Counted from the stretch's first letter, positions 1-13,019 are shown. The stretch: 64,000 nt of DNA from Lama guanicoe (GCA_013239625.1 MU054391.1:7223095-7287094); one strand, 5' to 3'. Numbers and translations: made by a program. The notes: a model not told the origin generated them from the letters alone.

Positions 1-769
1 TGCATCACTGGGCAGGCTCTTGGCTTTGTTCATCAGACTCCTGTGGTTTTTAGACCTTTCCCAATTGTTCTGCTTCTGCTTCCTTTCCAGCCCCCTTCTG
101 GCCAAGGCAGGGTATCCAGGGTTGGCTGGTCCTCGTCCAGCACTTTCCATAGTTACTCCTCTGCCATATTACCTCCCATTCCCAGAGCTCGAACAGATGT
201 GGTCCTGGGGACGGAGACCTGACATTGCTGTGGCCCCAGATGACTGTCTCAGCCCTGTTTCCCATCTAAGGGGAGCCTTGCCTGGCAGGGAAATGGATCT
301 CATCTGCAACGTCTGATTTTCCTGGGATCAGGGCCCTTGGAAACTCTGGCCTTTGGCATCTTCCTCCCTCTTCCTGACCCCACATACACTGCCCCAGGTA
401 TTTTTAATTTTGCCAGCACTTTAAGAAACTACCCAAAACTGGGTAGCCATTTGTCTTGCAGGTATCCTGAGGTGGTCCCAATTTAACATTCTGAACCATT
501 GTCACTGTCCAGGTATTAGGACCATTGAGCTGATGTTTTGTGAGTCCAGCCATCCAGAGGCATGTCTGTGGTACAAGAAAGCACTTTTCTCCTCTATGTG
601 TCACCCTCACTGTATGCCGGGCTATGTGAGTAGTTATATGTGCAGAGATCAGGAAAAATAGACCTGTCCCTGAAGGAGCCTTTGAACAAAGGGGCATGAG
701 AAGACAGACTCCAGTCCCTGGAGTGAGGCACGCTGTGGGATAGATAGATCATGTGAGTCTAGGAATTAA

Positions 770-1425
770 GGGGCGGAAGCAGGAGTGGCCATGCTCACCA
801 TCACCCCTGGTAACCCATGGGGGGAGTTTGTGCTTCCTGTCTTGTCTACGTCTTTGGGCTCTGAGGGTCTAGAGGTCTTGGGTCCCAGAGTGGCGATGTC
901 ATCCCCAGGGAATACAGCAGGAGCCCAGTAGACTTCAAGTTACAGCATCTGCTGGCCGTTTGGGGCTCTTTGTATAAATAACTGTCAGGCAAAGAAAGGA
1001 GTTACACTGTTGGTAGAGGTCATTGTGCTCATCATGAGGAAGAGGATCTGCAGGGGAAATACGTTTGGTGTTGAGGTGATCCCCGGGTGTCTCTTTGCAC
1101 CCTCACACTCAGTTTTAACAGTAAATGGTCAAGTTCCACAGCTGTGGCTTAATAGGGGCTCAGACCCCCTTAGGGGAAGGTCTGATCTCCCTCAGGAAGG
1201 TCCACATAGATCAGCTGTGCTAGTGAAGGTGATGGGAAACTGTGGGTGGTGGAGGCAGGAGATGATGTGTTTCACATGGGACCTTGGAAACTGCAACAGC
1301 CTCTCTCTTGTAAGTTTCCCCAGGAAATTTGACCAATCAGAATCCTGAAGAAGCTGTGCCTGAATAGAGTGAACTTCATGTAGGAGGCAGGGGACTGCAG
1401 GGAATTGAGTGGTGGAGGGGTGGAC
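770..1425 (+). mobile_element. ERV-L (ERV3-16A3/HERV16-like) internal 3' region with decayed dUTPase-like coding remnant
   Basis: Remnant peptides GLEVLGPR..PGNT and GCLFAPSHSVLTVNGQVPQ resemble the ERV-L dUTPase region; ends in a purine-rich tract (ggaggggtggac) directly before an LTR. Confidence 0.75.
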
Positions 1426-1815
1426 TGTGTTGTTGATGTCCATCTAGATTCCTCTTACCTGATAACTCATTCTTGGCTAAAGCTGAATCCAGAAATTGCC
1501 TTGGATAGTGGGTGCAGCCCTAGAAATACTTGGAAGGTTATGGTCTCCCCTGGAGGATGGCTTCCAGCCAATGGTTGACTGATGTGAGGATACAGAAGAC
1601 CAGACTGACCTCTGGCCTCAAGCTGGGACAACTCGGGGGTTTAATTTATATTCCACATGGACTTCAGCTGATCCTAGATCTCTGCTTAGCTTTCTGCATT
1701 GTATTGTCTTCTTCCCTCTCCTCTGTGAGGGTCCTTCTGAGAGCCCTCCCATAATGGATCACTGGCACAAAGATTCCTACCTTAGTCCCTGCTTCTAGAG
1801 AACCTGACCTAAGAT
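1426..1815 (+). mobile_element. LTR16-like 3' LTR (ERV-L)
   Basis: Starts TG after the polypurine tract; ends ctgcttctagagaacctgacctaaga, the typical LTR16 terminus. Confidence 0.75.
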
Positions 1816-2659
1816 TAATTACTGTGGTAACACAAGCGAAGGAGATACTTTTGTCTGGGAACTCAGAGGAGTCTTCCGGGGGGTAGATCTTGAAGGATGC
1901 GTGGAAATTTGATTATAGGAAAAGACATTCCAAGCACAGGAACAGAATAAGGAAAGTACAGTAGTCATGCACTCAGTCTGGGGACGATCAGGCTGTCTTA
2001 TTTGGTTGAAGTGCTAAGCACATGGGGTGGGTTGGGCTGTGAGCAGCAGGAGAAGTAGGTTGACACCAGTTTGTAAAAGTCCAGGTAAGGAGACTGGTCT
2101 TCAAGCTTTACGTCTGAAATAACCTGACTAGAGCTCTTCCCCTGCTTTCATGCAATTGGCTCAGACCCAGGGGGCCACTACTTAGGAATTAATCGCTGTA
2201 TTAAAAAAAAAGCATCCTAGGTCACATTCTTGAGTCAGCAGAAGAATTAGGATGTAGAACTCACACTCCCAGTTTGCAGCCCAAGGCTTTATCCTTTGCT
2301 CGTAAATATAAAATCCTTTGACAACTAAAATAATGTTTTTAGCCCACTCCTAAACTGTGGAGATGGATATATCCTGAATCACCACTGAGGATGTGTTCTT
2401 AATGTCCTCAAGGGCTTCTTTCGTAACAATTCCTAGTAATTAATAGTAATTTAGCCTAACTATATGTCAGGCTTTCATGTACAGGAACTCCTGTGATTCT
2501 CACAACTGCACAGGGAAGCATGTGGTACTATTCCCATGTCAGAGTTTAAAACAGAGTCACCGGGAGGCCAAGTAAAGTGCTCAATTCAGAAACCTAGGAT
2601 TTTCTCACTTTACTACTAGAGTACATCTCCTTCCTATGTCATTTATTAATTTTTTGTTA

Positions 2660-3060
2660 TTGTTAAACCATCCCAAATCATAGTGGGTTAAAGCAATCAC
2701 AGTGTATTTATTTGATGATTCTCTGGCTTGGCAGTTGGGCTGGGCTCAGGTGGGTGGTTTTCCAGTGTGCTGGTTGGTGAGGCAGCTCTGTTTCTGGAGG
2801 TTAGCTGACTTCTGGCTGGGGCAGTGGGGTAACTGGGCCATGTGTCTCTCATCACCCCACAGACAGACTCAGGCTCTGTCACACAGTGGTTGTTATAGGC
2901 CCCCAGAGCAGCAAGGTAAGACATGCTCTGGTGTGTAATAGTCTTTGCGTCACATCCCACTGCCCAGGTTACATGACGAGACTCAGAATAAGTGCTGTAA
3001 GACGTGGCCCAAGGGCATGGACGCAGGGAGGGAGGAACTTACGGCAGTGGTGTCAGTCTA
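2660..3060 (-). mobile_element. MLT1-type MaLR solo LTR (old)
   Basis: aaccatcccaaa...ttaaagcaatca...ttgggctgggctcagg...tattg/tgccc-aggttacatg pattern of antisense MLT1. Confidence 0.65.
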
Positions 3061-3079
3061 TGCATTCTGTTTTCAAAAC

Positions 3080-4010
3080 ACTTTTTTAATGTAAAAATGA
3101 ATATGTATATTTATATATCTTATGTATTTTATATATTATGTTAGTTTGGCAAATGGAGGAGAGAGAAGAATCTAAAGAAGGAAAAAGTCATCTGTAATGT
3201 ACCATTCAGAGATAATCATGTCCATATTTAGTGTTTCCTCCTGTGTTACGGGCATAGGAGGCAGGACTGAGTGTGTGATATATACATCTGTGTGCTGTTT
3301 TCTTCTAGAAGAATGATATCAGAGCCTGCCTTTTTAATTGACATTATGAGCATTTCCCCATGTCACCAAATTATTGAAAATACAATACATTTTGATATTC
3401 TGTTGTATTTCTCCCCCATATTTATCCTGATCCTGACTTAAATATATTAATTTAAAAATTTTTTGCTGTTTAAGTTGTTTCCATTTCTGTTTGTTTTTAG
3501 TTATTATAAATAACAGTATATTGAAAACTCTGAAATGTAAATCTTTATCCACATTTCTGGTGATTTTCCTAGGACAGATTCCTGGAAGTGAATTACTGGG
3601 TCAAAGAAGATAACATTCATGGGGCTTTTCATACACATTGCTAATTGCTCTTATGGAATTAAGTCTCTCACAGCCCTGTGGAAGAGGGCCTGCATTGTGG
3701 CACCCTTAAAATCACTAAGTATTATCTCAAAAAGAGAAAAATGATTTTTTTGCCAATTAGGCAAAAAATGGTACCTTATTTTAATTTACATTCCTGGTAG
3801 CTAGTAAGGATAAACATTTGAGAAATGGTTATTGACCATTTATAGTTCTTCTGTGAATTTCCTTTTCCTTAAAAAAAGATGTGCATTTTACATCAATTTG
3901 CATAAATTATCCTACATTAATGTTACTGACACATTATCACTTAAGTTACAAATGTTTTCCTACTTAGGTTGTCATTTGCCTTTTAATTTTGTTTGGGGGA
4001 TTAAAAAAAA
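3080..4010 (-). mobile_element. Ancient L1 (L1ME-like) 3' region fragment
   Basis: T-rich, with ttcctggaagtgaattactgggtcaaag and ttgaccatttatagttcttctgtgaatt typical of antisense L1M. Confidence 0.65.
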
Positions 4011-4014
4011 GTGG

Positions 4015-4146
4015 TTTTTTTTTTGTGGCTGGGGGGAAGTAATTAGGTTTATTTTTTTAGTTTAGAGGAGGTACTGGGGATTGAACCCAGGACTTCGTGC
4101 ATGCCAAGCGTGCTCTCTACCACTTGAGCTGTACCCTCCCTCCCCC
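4015..4146 (-). mobile_element. Camelid tRNA-Ala-derived SINE (Vic-1 type)
   Basis: Reverse complement reads ggtacagctcaagtggtagag...gcatgcacgaagtcctgggttcaatccccagtacctcc, then aaacctaattac and an A tail; A and B boxes present. Confidence 0.85.
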
Positions 4147-4899
4147 TGGAGGAATTTTTTTTTTGACAGGAAAGGGTTTAAAATTTTTCGTTTGTTTACT
4201 CTATTTTTCTTTTTTGATAACAGCCATTGCTTTCATGTTTAGCGATCCATTTTTGACCGATCTCTTGAAAGATGTAGGTTATAGTGGCTTTGCCACTTAG
4301 CAGAACAATGTTAAGAAAGGCTGTCTGTCTCTGGAACCAGAACTGACAGGTTGAGCTGATCTGCGGTGCGACGTTTTCCTCACCAGCTAAGCTTGTATCA
4401 GCTGCCTCCGGGGTCCGTTTAAGTGACACAAGGCTGCTTGGCAAAGGCCCTTGGGAGCCTCCTGGTGATGCTCTGAGCCCACCAGGAAAACCGTGACACA
4501 CACCCACTGCTTTTCTTCTTACTGCTGGCCTGAGCCTCTCATCATCCTGACCGGGAAGCGGAGGCCATGCTCTTCTTTGTCTTTTGTAGGCCCCATTGGA
4601 CTCATCACCAGACACTCCGGAGGTCCATGCTGTGTGGTAGTTTGTGTCTTCCCCACGAATTTGAATCCCAGTGGCCATGAGGCTGATATATGACCATGAT
4701 TTGCATGGTGGATTGATGAGCAGGGCCGTCTTGGTCCAGCTCCTGTGTTTCCAGGTAGCTACAGAGTGCTTCCCGCGAAGTAATAGTGTTCTTTCTCCAT
4801 GTGTGCTAGAGATGGAAGGAGACACAGTTGGTGCTGTAGATTCTCTTTTGCATTGTTGTGGATATGAGGTTGATTTCTAAGCCCTAGTTAGGAGGGAAT

Positions 4900-5140
4900 A
4901 TGGTTGTACTGGGAAAAGGTGGGAATTCAGAGACTTTCAGAACGGGATTCACATCCTTCTTGCCTCTTTTGTGGCTCTGACCTATCATTGACCTTCCTGA
5001 GCCTCTACCTCCTCTACTGCAGTCATGTGGTCCCTTTCTTAGAGAACTGTCATGAGAATGGAATGATTTGATGTAAATACCGTATGGAATGAGAAAATGA
5101 GATCATGCTTGGCACATAATAGGTTCTCAATAAATGGTAG
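4900..5140 (+). mobile_element. MIR SINE
   Basis: ccttcctgagcctctacctcc core and 3' end cttggcacataataggttctcaataaatggtag. Confidence 0.65.
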
Positions 5141-5699
5141 TGTTTTAATCCAGAGAAAGAAAAGTGATGTAAGTTTAAAAAAAAGTGATTTTGAGATGTT
5201 GGCAATTTGTGAAAATTTCAAGAATAAATTTTTGGGATGTCAGGGATCTGCCACTAAGCTTTTTTAGAAGTATGAAGTGATGATTACCTGGTAATACAAA
5301 AACACAGGATAAGCACTGCACACCTTCTGGAAGCACCAGTTTTGATATTCAGTGACACAGTGGTATGTAATAGAGTAGGATGCAAGATTCGCATGAACTT
5401 CTGGATAAAACATAAGGCTTCATGGAAGCTGCACACCAGTAGGAGGTCCCTTTTGTGCTCAGACGCGTGGAGGTATGAGTTCTGTCTTTCTTGCTGGTGG
5501 GGCTGTTATGGTGGAAATGTTCGCAAAGCTCTGGATAACGGGGAGCTTCTCCCGAGGCGGAGAGCCTGCTGGGTGGACAACTGACAGTGCTTGAAGGAAG
5601 CAGTTTCAAACCTCCTGGGGAGAGAGACGGGTGGGATCCTTCTTCGTGGGCTGTGCAGTATCTTTTTAAACTCTTGGCGGGGTCATTGGAGCTGTAGAC

Positions 5700-6030
5700 A
5701 GTCTGTTTCTCGCTCTTCCAGGCCCTTGGTGGGATTGCGCTTCCCTGGCCCCTTGAAATTAGGTGTGGACATGGGACTTGTCACAGATGAGAAAATGTGG
5801 GCAGAAGTTATATGTATGAGGCTGTGTTCCATTAACCATCTGCTCTGTCCAGTCTCAGCATCATGGAAACAGGGGAGAGTTTCTCTCAGCCCAGGTCCCT
5901 GAATGAGGATTGCTTCCCCCAGAGTCTCCCAGTTGGTCATGGTGACATGTAGCACAAGCGAGAAGTCAACTTTTGTTGTTTTAAGTCTCTGGGCATTTGG
6001 GGTTGTTTCTTCCTGTGACTGCCCCAGAAC
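5700..6030 (+). mobile_element. MLT1 (J/K-like) LTR
   Basis: cttgaaattaggtgtggacatgggacttg and aacttttgttgttttaagtctctgggcatttggggttgtt. Confidence 0.65.
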
Positions 6031-6824
6031 CAAGCTTGTCCTGATGGGTATACTACTTGAGGGCAGACATGGAAAAGAAGATGGCTTCACTCTGCCCACA
6101 TGGCCTTCACAGCGCTATATTCAGCTCTGACACTCAGGTTGGTTTTATTTCAGACGCTAATGGAGCAGGTCCATGCCTGGCTGAGAGGATTAGGGTGTGA
6201 GGGTGACTGAGCTGAAACATTCCCATGAAAATCCCCCCCTCCATTGGTACCAGGGCTCCAGCAGTGGTTTGGCTGATGAGGCTAATAAGGAGAAAGAAAG
6301 GAAAGATCAGACCTTTGTTTAGCATTTACTGTGTAGCAAGGACTGAACTCGGTCCTTCTCTACATTATAAACATCACAGCATTATTATTACTTCTCTTTT
6401 CTAGATGAGAATATGGTATATCAAAGAGGTAATATATTCAAAACCACAGAGCTAGGAAGGATCCAGACTGAGATGCAAACTCAGGCTGAGGAAATGAACT
6501 GTGAAGGGAGAATCTGTGTCCTTCCTGCCCATCATTTGTATTTCTCTGAAGCACTGAATCTCATCAAATTAGATCCAAGAAACGTTTTCTGACCACTCAG
6601 TCTAAAAAGGATATTGTCCCTCACCTCTGCGTCATTTTTTTTTCTCAGTGTATCTTTTCCTCCATAGCTCTTACTTGTTTAATATCTCTCTCTTCCTCTT
6701 TGCTCTAAATTCTAGCGCAGAAAGAACCACACTCTCTCATTAACTTTTGGGTACCCAGGACCTGTGCAGTGATGGCGCACAGAAGGCATTTAGTAAATGG
6801 TGGCTGATGACCCCGGATGTTGAT

Positions 6825-7480
6825 GGAGGGTGGTGCAGAGGTTAAAAGCACAGACTCTGGAAGTAAGCCAGAAAGAGAAAGAAAAATACCATATGAGATC
6901 GCTCATGTGGAATCTAAAAAACAAAAACAAAAACAAACAAAAAAACAAAGTGTAAATACAGGACAGAAATAGACTCATAGACATAGAATACAGACTTGTG
7001 GTTGCCAGGGGGGTGGAGGGTGGGAAGGGATAGACTGGGATTTCAAAATTGTAGAATAGATAGACGAGATTATACTGTATAGCACAGGGAGATATACACA
7101 AAATCTTATGGTAGCTCACAGAGAAAAAAATGTGACAATGAGTGTGTATATGTCCATGTATGACTGAAAAATTGTGCTGAACACTGGAATTTGACACAAC
7201 CTTGTAAAATGATTATAAATCTATAAAAAATGTTATTAAAAAAATAAAAGCACAGACTCTGGAGTCACACTACCTGGTTTTGAATCTCAACTTTGTCACT
7301 TCCTAGCTAGTGTAATGTTGGGAAAGTTTCTTAATCCCTCTGTGCCTCATTCTTCTCATCTATTGAATGAGGATAATACTGATAACTTTCCTTTTGATTT
7401 TTGAAAGGATTGAATGGTGTGTAAACAGCCTATAAAGTGCTTAGAACAGTGCCTGGCACACAGGCAGTGCTCAGTGAGTA
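6825..7480 (+). mobile_element. MIR SINE split by an L1 insertion
   Basis: ggttaaaagcacagactctgga | gtcacactacctggttttgaatctc...ctctgtgcctca...gcttagaacagtgcctggcaca; the halves rejoin at the TSD. Confidence 0.8.
6862..7245 (+). mobile_element. Young 5'-truncated L1 (end of ORF2 plus 3' UTR and A tail)
   Basis: aagtaagccagaaagagaaagaaaaataccatatg...A-rich tail; perfect TSD aaaagcacagactctgga at 6844-6861 and 7246-7263; TT|AAAA endonuclease site. Confidence 0.93.
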
Positions 7481-8116
7481 CCAGGCATTTGTATGTGTGA
7501 GTCCACTGGACAGTGTCTGGGATGTGTTTCCTATAAAACTGTTATTAGAGCCCATGAGAAAATGATGCTGCTGTTACCCACCAGGGTTCTAGAAATTGAT
7601 GGGGCCAGGTGAAAAATTCAGGCAGCGTTATGTTGGGACTCATGAGGGGGTAAAAGCAAGTAACAGATGCCCTTGCTCGCTCCCTGAGGGGAGGTGAGCT
7701 GGTCTCTTAAATGGGGTGAGGGTAGGGGTGAGTCCAGGGATCAGGCTAGAGAGGTAGCTTAGGTGGTCTGCCCACCCCCTTGGTGGTGCTGTGTGCAGGG
7801 ATTGTGTGCAGTCCCCTGCTTTTTCTCCCGACACCCTAGAAGTGGCAGTTGGCTTTTTGGTCTTTTTGTATCTTGTTCATTATTTGCCCCAACTGCACAT
7901 GTATGCAGTTGTTTTTAGTCCCTTGTAGTTTCTTTGTATCCTGTTGCTCGAGGAGACGTTTGGGTGCACGCACCTGGGTCCCAGGTCCCACTTGTCTCGG
8001 TGCTACAGTATCAGGGAAGCTACAATGCTTGAAACAGTTTGGTACAGTAGAAAGATCATGGAATTTTAGTCAGACTGACATGGAGTATTGCCTAAGCTCT
8101 GTGACTAGTAACCAGG

Positions 8117-8473
8117 TACCATGACTGAATGTGCCCCCCAAATTTGTATGTTGAAACCCAACCTCCAGTGTGATGATATTGGGAGGCAGGGCCTTCAGTG
8201 AGTGATTAGGTCATGAAGGTGGAGTCCTCATGAATGGGATTAGTGTCCCTATAAAAGAGACCCCAGAGAGCTCCCTCCTCCCTCCCGTGTGGGGAGGCAG
8301 TGAGAAGACAGTTGTCTGTGAACCAGGAAGCAATGTCCTCACCTGACATTGGGCCTGCCATCATCTTCATCTCGGACTTCCAGCCCCCAGAACGGTGAGA
8401 AATAAATGTCTGCTGGTTTTAAACCCGCTGGTCTCTGGTGTCTTTGTTACAGCAGCCTGAGGGAACTAAGGCA
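8117..8473 (+). mobile_element. MLT1A-like MaLR solo LTR inserted in a MIR
   Basis: ctgaatgtgccccccaaatttgtatgttgaaac...aataaatgtctg...aactaaggca; 5-bp TSD ccagg at 8112-8116 and 8474-8478. Confidence 0.88.
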
Positions 8474-10519
8474 CCAGGTAATCTGGACAAGCCCGTTACC
8501 CACCTGAGTGTGTTTCCCCATCTGTAAGTTGTGCTGCATTAGCAAGTACATGGACCAGCAATGCTGGAAGGGAGTGAAAATGCAAAAAAGTGATGATCAA
8601 GACAGTGACATAGATGTGTGGCAGGTTCAGTGCATGAATGAGCTGAGAGTCTTTGAAGACCTCCAGCCTGGTGCAGGCACAGAGCCCGCGAGTGTCTGAA
8701 ATGATGTGTGAACAAATGTATGGATGAAGGTGGAGTTTGCTGAGAGTGCAGAGGAGAGGCAGGCGTTGCTTTTTGCTGTAGTACTTAAACATTTTGTACC
8801 GGGGTGAGGGTAGGAGAGATTATGTAGGTGACAAGAATTTCTTGGTGATTAGGTGAAATTCTTGCATTGAGAATCACATTTTGACGGTTTTGCCAGGCAC
8901 GCGTGTTCCTTTTGCTTTTCTCCTGGGGCTGCCTGGGCGGGAATGGCTCTTTGCTAACATGCTGTGATGTGGGCTGAGCGCAAGATCACGTCTTCGGCTC
9001 TCCAGTGACTACGTAGGAACAAAGAAATCAAACCCATGGCTCCTAAAAGATCCCCTAATGGCTGCGATATTTTGGCTTGCTGAACATAACTGAATTAATT
9101 CATGGTTTCCCTAGAATAGGAATGGAATCCATCGACCTCTGACTCTGTCATGCTTGTTTGGGAGATATGCCAATTGGTTACATTAATTCTGGGAGAAAAC
9201 AGTTGTAAGCCAAATTTTTTTTTTACACCTCACCTGCACAGTTAACCTTGGGTGGTCTTTTTCTCCAGTTGAAAAGATTAATCTGTTCCTTGTACGAAAG
9301 GAATTGTGAGCTGAAGCATTACATTAAACTGCTAGTCTGCACCCTACACCATGAAATATCAGCTTTATTAGTTCCATTCTTCAAGACATTGTGAAAAATG
9401 AAAAGCACATTGTGTTACCAAGATACGGCAGATTTCAACGCACACAATTCCAAATGACCTTCTTAGTTTTCTAACTAAGTGTAAATTACTCAGTGACAAT
9501 GGAGTTAACTGAGCTATTATTCACTCAAAACAACATTGCTATTACTCAATACAAAACCCACATGAGATGCCTCTAGTATATAAAATACATTATGGGTAAT
9601 TATGCGATTGCTAAAATTCCCTAAAGCATTCGTTGGAAATTCAGGAAATTGAAGCATCAGCAAATCCAGATTTTAACTAACCTGGACAGTGTGACTCTTG
9701 GTAAATAAGGGGAGGGCACTTATTGTTATTTGTTAAACAAGAGGGAAAAAATAAGAAGTTAATAAAGTTTGCAAATTACTTGTTAGTTACTCCCTTATCT
9801 GTAATTTGCTACTTAACTTTAGAGAGACTGTGGGAAAATTATGGATGAAAGTTTTGTGAGGCAATGTGACCCTTCCTGAGATGATGAAGAAAGTAGTCTT
9901 CTGAAGTTGTTTGATCTAGAAAAGAACATTCCTGTTCCTTGTCAGGGTCATCTCGTTGTCACAATAAACAAGGAAGAGTTCTGTTAAAAAAAAAACAAAA
10001 CTAAAAGACTTAAAAATTCTACCTAATTAGAACTTTAACTCTCATTCTTAATCAGTTAGCATCTTTTATTATCTTCCTGGCCCAGTGAATGCAGATACTT
10101 AATTTGGGAGTAGATTGAGGAGGAAGATTGGGGGAAATCCTAGATTAATTTAAAAAAATCCCTTCTGTTTTACTTTTTATCTCCTTTTTAAAAAAATACA
10201 AAATGTTGGAGTATCAGGGTTAGAAGAAACTTTACAAGTCGTTTGCTTCGCTTTGCCACTGAATTTCCTCTAGAGAATCTGACTCACCAGCCGTCTAACC
10301 TGGACTGGAAGTTCAGAGGTGGGGAACTCAGTTGTCTTTGTGGAAACTAGTAGTCTTCCCAGTCAGTGCTCTTTGACTATTAATTTTTTTTTCTTATTTT
10401 AAAATTTAGCTAATAATTCATTTCCTTGTAAAATCTCCTTGGTTCTAATTCCTTCTCCACTCCCCCCTGCCACTCTCCCTGTGGTCTCACACTCATGTCT
10501 AATTCTTCCACAAGAACAG

Positions 10520-11014
10520 CTGTGTCTGATAATGTCCCTTTGCCCCTCCAGGCCCTCCTTTCACCCTTTTCACTCCACTCTCTGCCCTGGGAGGCTGACC
10601 TGAGTGGAATTCAGTATGCTTCCTCCGTGGGGTCCTGGATGCTCTGACTACTGGTTGGATTTGGCCACAGGAGTGTCCTGGCAGGAGACTGAAAGGAGAG
10701 AGAAGAGTGAGTTCCAGTGTCAGTATTTCCTAGGCGCCTGCCTTGGGGTTCCCTCTGGTTGGCTCTGTCCTCACTGATTGTTACTGATTTTTTTCAAGGA
10801 GACTGTCTCTACATGACTTCATTCCCGTTTCAGGAACGAGTTCCTCTCTACATGTGCTAGATGTCTAGGTGGGACAGATTCTCTGCTTTGAGCCTTATTT
10901 TTTTGGTTCCCCTGCACCTGTTGCATTGCCAACAGTCCCTTTGTAAACAAATCTTCCTCAATTTAACCTAATTAGATAAAGCTGTCTGTTTCCTGTTGGG
11001 TCTCTGGCTGATAG
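10520..11014 (+). mobile_element. LTR33-like ERV-L solo LTR
   Basis: ctctgccctgggaggctgacc...ggttggatttggcc...ggagagagaagagtgag...tctgtttcctgttgggtctctggctgata. Confidence 0.7.
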
Positions 11015-11329
11015 AAAAGCCCTTCAGATATTCTAAAACAATGTTCACCCACTCTGTCTTTTCTATGTCCCATGATCCTTCAAATGTGAATAACATTGCT
11101 TGGCTTTAGGAATTCTAACCATCCTTTGAAATGTTCCAATGCAATTTCCCTTATGAGTATGGGACCTAGAGCTGAAAGCAGTGGTCCTGGGCTGATCAGA
11201 ACATAGCATGGTTCTCCATCATTGCCTTGGGAGACCATGTTGCCATTAACATGCCCAGGGCACGCATGCAGACCTCCTTTGGACACTGCGTCATGTGGTG
11301 GCAGCATCCTGAGCTTGCGATTGTGGTTG

Positions 11330-11558
11330 TGTGATGTGGGGCTTGCTGTCAGACTTCAGTGTGAGTCCTGGCTCCACCACTTACTAGATGTACAATCAGC
11401 TCTGAGTCCATAGGTGGGTTAAAATGCCGGTCCCTGCCTCCTAGCTGTGCTGCGAGAGTTAAGTGAGCCAGTGTGTATGGAACTGCTCTGTACACTGTAA
11501 AGGGCTATGCAGATGTTATTATTATTATTGTTATTGTTGTTGTTATTATTATTTATTA
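11330..11558 (+). mobile_element. MIR SINE ending in a (TAT/TGT)n microsatellite
   Basis: gagtcctggctccaccacttactag core; ttattattattattgttattgttgttgttattattat at about 11516-11555. Confidence 0.65.
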
Positions 11559-12250
11559 ATCAGGTGGTGTTGCTTCTGCTCTTCTTCCTTCTGTCTCTCC
11601 CTTCCTGTACCTTTCCCTTCCTCTTCAGCAGAAAGGGTATCACCTGTCTCCTTTGACAAGAGTGTCTCCTGATACCTCGTCTCAGGATCCATCAGTGTTC
11701 TAAACATTTCTCCAAGACCAGTTTATGATTGCCGCCTTCCCAGCACTTTTCCTGATCTATTTTAATAGATGAGTCAGTTGAAATTTGGGAGGGGAAGCAG
11801 TTGTCCAAATTTATGGAGTGAATTAGGGATGCAGTCAGAACCCAAACCCAGGACTCAGGCCTCCCAGCCCAGAGCCGCTCCCAAGACACCCCTGCATCTT
11901 GAGGACTGTCTGCTCTGCTCCATGGTAGGTGGTGTGTTCTTTTGCTGTTCAGCTGTGAACTCTTGGAGGGCAGAGGCTGTGGCTGATTCTTCTAAGTTCT
12001 TACCTGTAGTTACACTTACCTGGGGCCCAGACAGTCTGTTCATGACATAAATTACTTCTGAACTGAGGCTAGAGAGGAGGACACAACTGAAAAACTGGAA
12101 TTGTCTTAAGTCGAATGTTGGCTGAGGCTTATTCATCTTCTGCCTCCTTTTTCACCCCTCTGTGATAGACCTACTTTTTTAATCCAAGGCTAAGGTAGGA
12201 TTGTCACTTTCCCCATTCATTTTAAATGAACATTTTTGAGATTCCTGTTT

Positions 12251-12335
12251 GTTTGTTTCTTTCTTTCTTTCTTTAATTTTTTATTGATTTATAATCATTT
12301 TACAATGTTGTGTCAAATTCCAGTGTTCAGCACAA
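12251..12335 (-). mobile_element. Very short 5'-truncated young L1 (terminal ~60 nt plus tail)
   Basis: Reverse complement gtgctgaacactggaatttgacacaacattgtaaaatgattataaatc nearly matches 7174-7221; TSD gagattcctgttt at 12238-12250 and 12336-12348. Confidence 0.9.
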
Positions 12336-13019
12336 GAGATTCCTGTTTCTTACTGGTGAGTTCTGCTGAATAGAGGTTTTGGAACACTGTCTTGAAAAGG
12401 CTCGGGAGTACATGAAAGTGGAAAAGGCAGTTGCTGGTAAGTGACTTCCTTGGCTTATTGCAGTGAGAAAAGTTAGCCGACATGAGTGGATCTTCAAAGA
12501 ATTAATTTAAAAAACTACATGTTTAACATTGCAGCCTCAGCTGAAAGAGCCGGAGAATTGGAAAAAGTGCTGACATGGGGAAAGTTACTGATGGCCCTGG
12601 TACCTTGCTAGGAAGGCAAGCCAAGTCAGCATCCCCAGAGTGGGGAATATGGCCCTGGGGGTGAATCTTTCCAATGAGCTATGCTCTGCAAGGTAGTGTC
12701 TTGCCTCCCTGAGGTCCTGTGCGTAGAGCTTTCTTACGATGTGGCCAGTGTCCTGGAGCTACCTCTCTAGAGCCCCAGTGAGCTGAGAAGCCAGGCTGAT
12801 TCTTACCATGCCATCAAGTTCATGTTTCTCGAGTACGGTAATAAAACTTGTGATAGCCATGTGCAGGAGAGTACTTTTTTTTTTTTTTAAACCGTGAGAG
12901 CAGGGGCTGCTGTAACACCTGCTCCTCTACTTCCTAATGTGATACATCCTATAGTCAGCTGCAAGATTGGTAGGGCTGCATGCAGGAATAAGTCAGGAAG
13001 GGAGGTATTCTGAGGATAG

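Noticed and set aside
4196-4825. 209-aa minus-strand ORF
   Set aside because: No recognisable homology or exon structure; composition looks random
12374-12442. Protein-like stretch EVLEHCLEKAREYMKVEKAVA ending at a strong donor ctg|gtaagt
   Set aside because: In-frame stop immediately upstream, no convincing polypyrimidine acceptor, and no recognised protein
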